A DNA stretch of 64,000 nucleotides from Phallusia mammillata (Eukaryota), in contig OZ281497.1 in the NCBI GenBank assembly GCA_965637545.1, positions 25,544,001-25,608,000 on the forward strand. Direction: 5' to 3'. A program made the translations under genes and the position numbers. Within the stretch, counting starts at the first letter, position 1, and the number at the start of each line of letters is the position of its first letter. Below are positions 12,417-21,956 of the stretch, in pieces. The notes below the pieces were generated by a model, which was not told the DNA's origin, did not search any database, and saw only the letters and a program-made list of their open reading frames with translations.

Positions 12417-12468
12417 GTCATCCGACGTTTCGAAGTTCTATACGGGGCGTCTTCATCAGGGTAATGTC
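12417..12468 (-). ncRNA. Type I hammerhead ribozyme core (PLE-associated), stem II degraded
   Basis: Minus strand: ...accCTGATGAagacgccccgtatagaacttcGAAAcGTCggatg, directly after the PLE endonuclease C-terminus. Confidence 0.55.
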
Positions 12469-12794
12469 AGCTATACCCAACACAGTCGTTCCTATAACAG
12501 CAAGATGTTGAACACGAGAAAGATGCAGGCGCAAGAACGCAGATAAAGACGTACATAAAAAAACTACTCAACATTAGAAGTTCAGTTTTTATGTTTAAAG
12601 TGTTGCGCGCGAGTAAATTCCACGATTCTAAAAACACTCTTTTTCTGTAATCTGTCTCTTTGGCAATCACTGTAGCAGCTGCAAAGTTGATCACGTTATC
12701 GCACTCAGTTGCTTAGCTAGCCAAGATCGATTTCCCACGCGCCACTCCTTGCCCCCCGCTGCGGACGCCTATGAACACTAGCCAAGTTTAATTC

Positions 12795-13099
12795 GTTAGA
12801 GCTACTATCGTAAGACCCTATGGCAAACAAGGTTGACTAAATACCAAAGGAGGGCGCAAAGAGCATTTAAGAATATTTAAGAGCACAATTGTGAAAAAAT
12901 ACTGACGGATAAGGCTATTTGAGTTGGGGCGAGGTTTTATAATAATAATAACAATAAACCCAACTTATGAAACTGGTTTCTAACCCTTGCTATCTCAGCC
13001 TCACTCTTAATTTAAATTTAAATAAATGTGCTTTTTGCGCCATCTATCAGAATTTAGCAAACTGTGTCTGTTGTGAGTTTTTTTGTTAATATCTCTACC
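12795..13099. mobile_element. MITE related to the GGTAGAGC family (degenerate termini)
   Basis: Starts gttagagctacta and ends taatatctctacc, with inverted ggcgcaaagagc motifs inside. Copies at 19575-19875, 8198-8330 (partial) and 34436-36210 (LINE-interrupted). Confidence 0.6.
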
Positions 13100-13400
13100 C
13101 ACCATTTAGCAAACCATTAGGAAGCAATGGCGGACCACACTTTAGGAAACATCGCCCTACAGGACTAACTATCCAGAAAAAAACACTCTTATTTTCTGTT
13201 TGTTATAAGACAGGACGGGGTAAAATTATAAAACACTTTTTAAAGCTGTCAAAACAACATTTGCTAACAATGAATATATATATATACCCTAGATCAGTGG
13301 TGTGGTCTCCAACGTATTGGTCGCGTAAACTGCTTTTTTTTCAGGTAAATTTGACCGCTTATTTTCCAAGTAAACCTTAAATAAGTGCATTCATCGTGAA

Positions 13401-13500
13401 TTATCACGAGACTGTCGTAAACGCACACACCTTCAAGCGCTTACCTGTATTGACTGCCACGTTTAAGACGCGGTACACGGTTATATACGACACGTCCAGA
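13401..13500 (-). repeat. Truncated LTR of the Mag-type Gypsy element
   Basis: Matches 36321-36410 and 38919-39005, including the same atcacgagac flank as 36311-36320. Confidence 0.7.
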
Positions 13501-13587
13501 AATCGTAGATTGGAAGTTGGAGAAGAAAAAGGGATAAGTGCGAAACAAGAAAATGCTAAAACACCATTGCTTAACTCTCAACAATAA
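13495..13587 (+). pseudogene. 3'-terminal remnant of an FLVCR-like copy
   Basis: Encodes SRNRRLEVGEEKGISAKQENAKTPLLNSQQ*, the family C-terminus. Confidence 0.85.
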
Positions 13588-15044
13588 CGGAAAACCCGGT
13601 TTCAGTGTGAAACCTTGGACGCCGAAACTTGTCATTTTGTTTCTTATTTAACGAACCGTGTTTACCCACAATGCGACAACTTCTTTCTTGTGAGCCCCAG
13701 CACACAACGCTCTATAAAATTCGGTTTAGCTGCAGAACGTTTAGCAATGATCCACCAATGGTGCCCAACACAGTTTTGCTTCAATGACGTTTTCACGTTG
13801 CGCAGCCATTTTCGACTTGTGATTTGTTTTCGGCTAGTGATTGTTTTAGTGTCACTGTGTCGTTATGTTTTCTTTCACCAAGCGAAATAAACCCAACTCA
13901 AATAGCAATGTAGCTACACTGCGTTTAACCGAATCCATCAATTATGCTGTTTATTATTTTGTGTCCCATACGTTGTGCAATCATTGATTCTTGCTCTGCA
14001 ATTGCGTATAGCCATGCTATTTAACACGAATCGAAATAAACTTTACTCAACTCCTACAATGAGCTCGTTATGCCCTTTTCGTCATTTTTTGAATTTCACA
14101 AGCCTCCATCGGCCATTGAACTCATTGCAAAAGACATGCTATGCAAAAAATTGCAATCACTTCAGTAGTTTGGAGCTATCGTTTTTTTTTCTCATACAGA
14201 ATCATCAAATAAACTTCTGTATTGCACTTTTTTATTGATATGTGCGCATTGATGCGATCAATTAAGCTTTTATCACATACAACGGGATGCACGTTGTATA
14301 AAGAAGCTGATTAAGCTGACCTTGCATTATTTTAGCAAGCCCATAGAAGTCAAGCTACTAGTTGAAAGGGGGAAATAACCTCAATAACTTAATTTGAATG
14401 CATTGTTTCAGCAGGCCCTTGCCTGATTTTTCTGTGAATAAAGGGCCCAAATTCAGTCGTCAAGTTAGATTTACCAAGATGAATGTGGCCGGGGTGTGAA
14501 GTAATCCCATGTTGTTCCTACTTTGGCCGAACTAGAACAACTCAAATTAAAGGTTTGGTCCTAGCTAATGAATAGTCTAACCATTGAACAAAATCTTTCA
14601 ACTGCTGTTGCAAAGAAAGTACAGTTGCCCAGAAAAGAAAAATCAAGCAAAACTGACAACTCAAAAATTAAGGCCGACACTTTTATGGGGACAAGTCGAT
14701 GCGGTTATTTTAGTGTTTTGGTAGCCAAGTTTTGAAATCTATTCACTGTAAAGTTAAAATCAACTACAAAATAAATACAAACGGTGTCTATGAAACGCGC
14801 CGAAATGACAGACTTCTAGCGCTTAGGCGTCGTCGCGCGTTTTGTTGGAAAACAATGATCAGCTTTTAAGTTTAACAATGGATAGGAACGAAAGCAAAAA
14901 CAGAACATTAGTGCTCTGTTGCGGGAAAAGTTAATATTCAAACATCATGTGTTCTGTGCATGAACGGATAATATGTCTCTGATTTATAACATTATCATTT
15001 CAACCCCTTTTAATAGAAATATTTATGCTGTGCTGTACCATCGC

Positions 15045-16085
15045 TAATATAGTTTTTACATTCAGTTCTTTAACGAACAAGTGGATTGGATCACCAACGC
15101 AAAAAATACCAGCGCCATATTTATCACATTTCCCCTTGCCTTTTTCATTTTCAAGGACAAAATTGGCCTTAAAACGCTTATATTAGTCAGCGCCGGCAGT
15201 TCAACAATCGGTCTTCTGTTTGTTACTTTGTCTTTCATCAACCGTTCGTTGTTTGCTCTGATAGTAATTGGGCAAATCTTTTGCGGACTTTCACAAACTG
15301 TGGGTGTAGCAGCGCCATCAACTTTTGCTGTGCTTTGGTTTCCAGAAAATCAAGTCGGAACAGCAATAGCTTTAAATGTTGTCGGTCTGTATGTGGGAAA
15401 TGAAGTTGGATACACATTGCCTTCATATCTTGTGACACCATCAAACCATACATTGAAACACAAAGGAATTTCAAGCCTTGGAGCTTTAGCAGCAGGGCAA
15501 CGTCAATTGCGTTACACCTATGGCAGATTTCTGGCCATATCTGCCGCTTTAGCTATTTTGTTTCTGATTTTCTTGACTGATAAGCCTCTCACACGCCACA
15601 TTTGCACAAGATCTGAAGAATAAAGATATAAGAGTTGATAAGACTACAAAGTTTTTCATTTGTCAAACAAAGTTGCTGTTTTCCATGCTCTCATATGTTT
15701 TGTTATGTGTTGTCTTCGGAATTTTGTTCCATGCAGGTATGTTTGAAACTATGATGATGTCTGAAATCATTGCTGACTTACAGATTTCCCCCTCCGTTTT
15801 GGGTTACATCATGTGCACATCTAGTTTGGGTGCCATCGTGGGCTTTGGATTTGGCGGCAAATTTGTTGCCCGGTGCAAAAGATACAAACTTCTGGCAATA
15901 TGTGGAAGTATCATGGACTTTTTTCCAAATTTCATTAGTGTAATATACAGAAGCACTCCAGGTATATACGCATGTAACGCATTGTTTGGATTTTGTACAG
16001 GATTTATTAACGTTGCACTGTTTGAAATGGCCACGCAGCTGACCTATACGGTGGATGAGACGCTGGTCAACACTTGGGCCTATCT
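15045..16085 (+). pseudogene. Decayed FLVCR-like MFS pseudogene (P-type), unit 1
   Basis: TM1 is missing. Two ORF fragments (15081-15623, 15673-16092) are separated by a frameshift. Ends at DETLVNTW. Confidence 0.9.
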
Positions 16086-16877
16086 AGAGTAACAATTGTT
16101 ACAAAAATCTCTTCTAGAGTGTTTTTTATTTGAACGAATGTATTCTGTAAAAATGGCTTTAAATCGTCTAAATGATAAAAATTCTGGCGCTCTATATATC
16201 GTAAGTTAATGACCGTGCAAAAATTTCTAACTGGCACCTGATAATGGTTCAATTTTATCCGAATAGCGCGATTTCGCAATAACCTTAAAATACAACATAT
16301 TATTTGTTTGTATTGTCGGGCAGAAAAATGCCATCAAGTTGAGTTTGCGCGTACAAAGTGCCATCAATGTTAAAAGGTTTTGAAAAAACGTTTTCATTCA
16401 CTAATATAACGTTAAACTTTAGCATGTCGTGTTGTTAATTAGAAATGCCAACATATTGGACCTTGATAGTAACTTTCCCAATCAGACAAAAAGGAAACTG
16501 GTATTTGAACACTGTGTGGTGTCATTTTATACTCTGATGTAAACGCAAACCTACCACGAACTTTTTTTTAATCTTTTAAGGTATATTGCACATATACCAC
16601 ATGGTATCTGGTTATGGGAGATGGACAAGTCATTTGATAAACAATATACAAATATTTTGACCTACAAGCAATAACGTTTTCATATTTCCGTTCGATTAAA
16701 TTATTTACAAAAAAATATGCATTTTCATTTTCTTATTTCAACAGAAGTACCTAACTACATAACATACAAAACAGTACATAAAAACAGTAGCCTGTGTGGT
16801 GAATATACAAAAAAAGGACAAAGACGGCTTGCTGTACGAAATTGTAAGCCAAGTTTTAGAGACTCGTGTGTTTTATG

Positions 16878-18290
16878 TTATTGTTGAGAGCTGAGTAATG
16901 GTGTTTCAGCATCTTGAGGTTTTTCATCTGTCACTCTTTCGTCATCAACTTCCAATCTACGATTCCTCGAAGAAACTAAGGTTAGCATCAATAGAGCCAT
17001 CAACACACAAGCGCATTGAAAGGCAAGCACCCCAATACTCTTCCAATGTTGAAACATGACCCTTGCAAGAATGCCCATCAGCAAAGCGATTAAAGTTTGA
17101 ATTCCGGTCATCCAATTGTTCACCAGCGTCTCGTCAATCGGATAAGTCAGTTGTGTGGCCATTTCAAATAGAACCACAATAGTAAAGCCAGTCAAGAATC
17201 CAAACAGTGCGTTACATGCATATAAACCTGGAGGGTTTTTGCATATTGCGCTAATGGCAATTCCCAGAACCGAAAAGAAGTCTGCAGTACCCCCACATAA
17301 CGCCATAAGCTTGTATCTTTTGAAACGGTCGACTACTTTGCCACCGGATGTGAGGCCAACAATAGCGCCAACTCCGAATGTACACATGATATAACCGCTT
17401 AATGTAGATGGCTCAACATTTTTCGCAATGTGAAGATCAGCTATGATTTCAGACATCATCATATTTTCTATTAGGACAAGTTGAAATATAAATCCGATGG
17501 CTATGCAGATTAAAGCATAAGAGGGCATGGAAAAAAGTTGTTTAGTTACATTAAAAAACTCTTTTGCAGACTTTTCAGGTTTCAATTCCTTATTCTTCAA
17601 ATCTTGGGCATGAGTTGGTGGTGTTGGAGGTTTGTCGGTTAAGAAAATCACAAACAAGCAAGTTACAATTGTAGAAATTGCCAGAAATGCCCCATACATG
17701 TAACGCAACTGACGTTGTCCTTCTGTTAAATCTTCAAGGCTTAACATTCCTTCTTGTTCCACGGTATCGTTCGAAGGTGTCACAAGATATGAAGGCAATG
17801 TGTATCCAACTTCATTTCCCACATACAGACCTACAACATTTAAAGCAATCGCCGTTCCGACTTGATTTTCTGGAAACCAAAGCACTGCGAAAGTTGATGG
17901 GGCACCGACTGCTACAGTTTCTGAAAGTCCGCAAAAGATTTGTCCGATTACTATCAGAGCAATCAGAGAACGATCGATCAAAGACAAAGTAACAAACAGA
18001 AGACCAATGGTAGAGCTGCCGGCGATGATAAGCACGAGTCCTTTTAGTCCAATCTTATCCTTGAAAATGAGAAAGGCAAGGGGGAATGTTATGAATATAG
18101 CGCTGATATTTCTTGCGTTGGTGATCCAATCCACTGTTGCTGGAGTTGATTTGAAGAACTCAACATAAAACCAATTGATTTGTCCGTAACTGGCGAATGA
18201 TATTCCGGCACAAAATTGTAGAAGAAATAATCCCAAAAGAAATGCCCATCTTCGTTTGTACAACTTAAATTGCTCTTGGATAACATCCAT
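16878..18290 (-). CDS. FLVCR/SLC49-like MFS transporter, intact (470 aa from MDVIQEQ); copy A3
   Basis: Open ORF nearly identical to A1. ATG at 18290 by homology; an in-frame ATG also lies at 18299. The track's 18353 start is non-ATG. Confidence 0.9.
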   Translation of the reverse strand: MDVIQEQFKLYKRRWAFLLGLFLLQFCAGISFASYGQINWFYVEFFKSTPATVDWITNARNISAIFITFPLAFLIFKDKIGLKGLVLIIAGSSTIGLLFVTLSLIDRSLIALIVIGQIFCGLSETVAVGAPSTFAVLWFPENQVGTAIALNVVGLYVGNEVGYTLPSYLVTPSNDTVEQEGMLSLEDLTEGQRQLRYMYGAFLAISTIVTCLFVIFLTDKPPTPPTHAQDLKNKELKPEKSAKEFFNVTKQLFSMPSYALICIAIGFIFQLVLIENMMMSEIIADLHIAKNVEPSTLSGYIMCTFGVGAIVGLTSGGKVVDRFKRYKLMALCGGTADFFSVLGIAISAICKNPPGLYACNALFGFLTGFTIVVLFEMATQLTYPIDETLVNNWMTGIQTLIALLMGILARVMFQHWKSIGVLAFQCACVLMALLMLTLVSSRNRRLEVDDERVTDEKPQDAETPLLSSQQ

Positions 18291-18419
18291 TGCCAGCATT
18301 GAAATACTTACTTTTATGGCAAATGCTATGCCTACTTTAAATTTTACCTGCAATTTCTACGGAAAAACAACGCAACGTAAATATCTAGTAACAAATGAAA
18401 CCTATCGTTTTTGCACTTA

Positions 18420-19475
18420 CTGGAATCGCGCAAACGCTCATCAATTTTGTTCTCATAAACCCTGCGTTCACAATAACAGTAAATATACCTTTGCTCGTCG
18501 GTAGAATGTTGATCATATGTCTTTAAGATCTGTTATTGCACTACGCTCAAATGCTGTAAGGTTACAGCAAGAATTGCCCCTGCGAGTCTTAATAAAATTT
18601 ACGAGCTTGCTCTGTTTTGACATGCATAGGCAGCAAATCTAGATAAACAGCTGATTGTAAGTCTGATCGGAATTCGTCCCCGAGAGCATCCTGGGTTCTT
18701 ACGCTGTAAAAAAACGTTATTTCTGGCTGCAATAGCTTATTTATACGTTTATTTTATTGTCCTCGAAACTCGTTTATTTGTAATTTAGTTACTGGTTGAG
18801 CGCGGCCATGTTATTCCGGAGAACTAAATCTTAAAACGAAGTAAGGGTTACATTGATAACACGAAAATCGTAAAAGACGCAGAAGCACGAACATAAAAAT
18901 AAACAAAACGTGGCACGAACATACTCTTGATTCTGAAAAAATACCCCATATGTTACAGCGTTGGCAGAAACGATTGAATACATCAATTTCCTGATACTAG
19001 TACAGGAAATGACAAACGGATAAATTCTCAACACTAACCAACATAAACAACTGTCATGAATGTTGACACAAAAGCCGAGCAGACCCAAATGATAATTATT
19101 TTGATTCCATCAAAAGTAAAAAATAAATAATCCTTAAATCCCGTTAACCACCCTAATGTAGAGACTTTTCTATATACATCCTGTAGATATAAACAAGTCA
19201 TCCGACGTTTCGAAGTTCTATACGGGGCGTCTTCATCAGGGTAATGTCAGCTATACCCAACACAGTCGTTCCTATAACAGCAAGATGTTGAACACGAGAA
19301 AGATGCAGGCGCAAGAACGCAGATAAAGACGTACATAAAAAAACTACTCAACATTAGAAGTTCAGTTTTTATGTTTAAAGTGTTGCGCGCGAGTAAATTC
19401 CACGATTCTAAAAACACTCTTTTTCTGTAATCTGTCTCTTTGGCAATCACTGTAGCAGCTGCAAAGTTGATCACG
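18420..19475 (-). mobile_element. Penelope-like element remnant (PLE copy 2, hybrid of copies 1 and 3)
   Basis: The left part matches 33640-34020 and the right part matches 11950-12695. Includes the GIY-YIG C-terminal ORF 19247-19474. Confidence 0.7.
19197..19248 (-). ncRNA. Hammerhead ribozyme core, duplicate of 12417-12468
   Basis: Identical CTGATGA...GAAACGTC sequence. Confidence 0.55.
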
Positions 19476-20059
19476 TTATCGCACTCAGTTGCTTAGCTAG
19501 CCAAGATCGATTTCCCACGCGCCACTCCTTGCCCCCCGCTGCGGACGCCTATGAACACTAGCCAAGTTTAATTCGTTAGAGCTACTATCGTAAGACCCTA
19601 TGGCAAACAAGGTTGACTAAATACCAAAGGAGGGCGCAAAGAGCATTTAAGAATATTTAAGAGCACAATTGTGAAAAAATACTGACGGATAAGGCTATTT
19701 GAGTTGGGGCGAGGTTTTATAATAATAATAACAATAAACCCAACTTAAGTGGTTTCTAACCCTTGCTATCTCAGCCTCACTCTTAATTTAAATTTAAATA
19801 AATGTGCTTTTTGCGCCATCTATCAGAATTTAGCAAACTGTGTCTGTTGTGAGTTTTTTTGTTAATATCTCTACCCACCATTTAGCAAACCATTAGGAAG
19901 CAATGGCGGACCACACTTTAGGAAACATCGCCCTACAGGACTAACTATCCAGAAAAAAACACTCTTATTTTCTGTTTGTTATAAGACAGGACGGGGTAAA
20001 ATTATAAAACACTTTTTAAAGCTGTCAAAACAACATTTGCTAACAATGAATATATATAT

Positions 20060-20738
20060 TGTTACGGACAAAGTCACAATATTAAAATATGATTTCTATA
20101 TTTCCTTTCCCAAGTGCAACCATGCGTTACGTCTATTCCCAAGTGCATTGTCTTTGTTAGTTTTGGGCCAATCCTAACTTCTAAATGTGTCATGTGACTA
20201 AAATGTGCTTGGACTTAGCCACACTTTGTTCTAAAAGTGCAGTTTCTATGTATTAGTGCAGTAATCTGTTAGAATCGGCTTAGTTTAAATGTTTATGTGT
20301 TAACCAAATTTCAGCAAGTTTACAACTATGTTAATGTCTAGCTATGTGAAGTGTTTCTAGTAACTTTTCGTTTGTTATTGTTGTTTGAATGTTTAGACGA
20401 TAAAACCAACACCATAATGTCAAGCACCTAGGTACTGTGACTTTCAGAAATCTCAACTGTCTCAACTTGCTTGATTTGCTCCATTCGGTATAGTTTTGTC
20501 ATCTACTGTGGCGCAATTGAACTGTTTTGGATACGAACTGTATTTGTTGTCATTCGTGCACTGTTCTTGCACCTTCATCGCCATAATAGAACACTGAAAC
20601 CCACAGTTTGTGCAGTCTAGAGGGCAGTTGTGAATTTCTGACTCATTGTACCTGATGATGGTACCAACGAAGACATTAGCCTAGGTTTGCCTAAAGTGAG
20701 CTTAGGCCGTGACTAGTCCTCAAATTTTGGACGTCACA
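20060..20738 (+). repeat. BEL 5' LTR
   Basis: tgttacggac...gacgtcaca; 6 substitutions relative to the 3' LTR. Confidence 0.97.
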
Positions 20739-20822
20739 TCATTTCTGAAAAAGCCAGACCCCTTTCTATTAAGAAAAGGTGTCTGAAATCTGCTGTCTGG
20801 CATTAGTGGTGTTGCAAATACA

Positions 20823-21932
20823 ATGCCTGGATCAAATTCTAGCACATCCTCTCATGAGGATGTGGACGGAGTGCTTCAAGAAAAGTTGCATTGCTTGAAA
20901 TCATCTCGGAGTGGGCATTTGGGTGCTGTTACCAAAGCCGAAAATAATGTTTGTAACTTGATGCTAGATGTTTCTAATATCAAGGAAGTACCAGCTGCAA
21001 AGGAAGCTTTTGATAGTGCACTGACAAAGTGCTTGGACTGTTGCAAGGAATACCATTCTGTGATTCCAGATTCACTCTACTCTCAGAAACAAGAGGCAGT
21101 GGATAAGATCAAGTCCCTGGAGGAAAAAGGGGACAACATAAATTCTATGTATCAAACATTTCTACAAAATGCTGCTGTGGAGTTGGGTTCTACTGGTGGG
21201 CATTCGAAAAGCTCACATCACTCAACTGGGTCAAGATTGTCTTCTAAATCCAGTTCACATCGTTCTAGTAGAACAAGCTCAAGATCTTCACACCACTCAC
21301 ACCATTCCAAGGCTCCTAGTTTGAAATCATTCCGCTCTTCTTCTTCAATATCAAGCAGAAGCACTACATACTCAATGAGGGAGGTGCGGCGTGCTCAGCT
21401 AGAAAACAAGCTGACAGAGTCAGAAGCACAATTAACTCTCCAAGCATCGGCTGATGCTGTTAATGATGCACTGATGAAAGCTGAGGAGATAAAACGTAAG
21501 GCCAGAGAAGACGAGGAGGCCTTAAAGATGATGCTTGAAGATGAAAAGGAAGAAAATGCCCAGCGAAGAAGGGCAGAAGAAGAGGCAAATGCCATGCGTA
21601 AAAGGGCAGAAGAAGAGGCCATAGTCAAAAGAAGAAGGGAAGAAGCTGATGCAGAGAAAAGGGCGATCAGAAGAAAAATGGGACAGGCTGCAGCTCGACG
21701 GAAAAGAGAAGAGGAAAGGGCTGAAGCAATCTTAGCCAAGGCAAAAATGGAACATCGACAAAAATCTTACAATGCACAGTTGAAAGTGCAGCGCAAGAGG
21801 CATGCGGTTGACCTGGTTGTACTTGAGGCTGAACCAGTGGGATCCTGTGATTCTCGTCATGAATACAGGTTGGATATGCCCCCACTAAATCAGATAGATG
21901 ACGCCACGGTGGGAAGCTCTGCTTGTCTATAG
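20823..21932 (+). CDS. BEL polyprotein N-terminal segment (Ser/His-rich and Glu/Arg/Ala coiled-coil); ends at an in-frame TAG
   Basis: Same frame as the 21957 ORF, separated only by TAG at 21930-21932. Confidence 0.7.
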   Translation: MPGSNSSTSSHEDVDGVLQEKLHCLKSSRSGHLGAVTKAENNVCNLMLDVSNIKEVPAAKEAFDSALTKCLDCCKEYHSVIPDSLYSQKQEAVDKIKSLEEKGDNINSMYQTFLQNAAVELGSTGGHSKSSHHSTGSRLSSKSSSHRSSRTSSRSSHHSHHSKAPSLKSFRSSSSISSRSTTYSMREVRRAQLENKLTESEAQLTLQASADAVNDALMKAEEIKRKAREDEEALKMMLEDEKEENAQRRRAEEEANAMRKRAEEEAIVKRRREEADAEKRAIRRKMGQAAARRKREEERAEAILAKAKMEHRQKSYNAQLKVQRKRHAVDLVVLEAEPVGSCDSRHEYRLDMPPLNQIDDATVGSSACL

Positions 21933-21956
21933 CAGTCTGCCCATGACCTAGATCCG

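Larger units (their letters stand above)
10600..12695 (-). mobile_element. Penelope-like element remnant (PLE copy 1): GIY-YIG C-terminus/pLTR, hammerhead core, N-terminal RT region; split by a hAT MITE
   Basis: 12467-12694: INFAAATVIAKETDYRKRVFLESW (PLE endonuclease C-terminus). About 10900-11040: LTAFERRAITDL...DRKVYEDKVYTLLHDSSTYKKL (PLE pre-RT motif). Confidence 0.7.
11950..18750. repeat. Tandem segmental duplication unit 1 (~6.8 kb)
   Basis: Near-identical to 18750-20059 plus 28474-33970. Offsets are 6780 bp before and ~15200 bp after the BEL insertion. Confidence 0.9.

Noticed and set aside
18291-18353. N-terminal extension MQVKFKVG... on A3/A4 in the ORF track
   Set aside because: It starts at a non-ATG codon and is not open in A1 or A2. 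The homologous ATG is at 18290/33508.
7640-19475. PLE-mediated retro-mobilisation of the transporter genes as the origin of the array
   Set aside because: A1 and the 8330 fragment keep the PLE-free flank, and the duplicates include long intergenic DNA. The PLE is a later neighbour; DNA-level duplication explains the copies.
20653-20672. cctgatgat...cgaag in the BEL LTR as a hammerhead
   Set aside because: There is no GAAA/NUH core and no supporting stems.
21930-21938. TAG CAG TCT as programmed stop-codon read-through between BEL gag segments (resembles the CARYYA leaky context)
   Set aside because: The context is imperfect. BEL elements normally have one ORF, and a second clear nonsense codon sits in RNase H (LH*FCDAS). 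One or two stops are plausible from neutral decay, given 6 differences between the LTRs.
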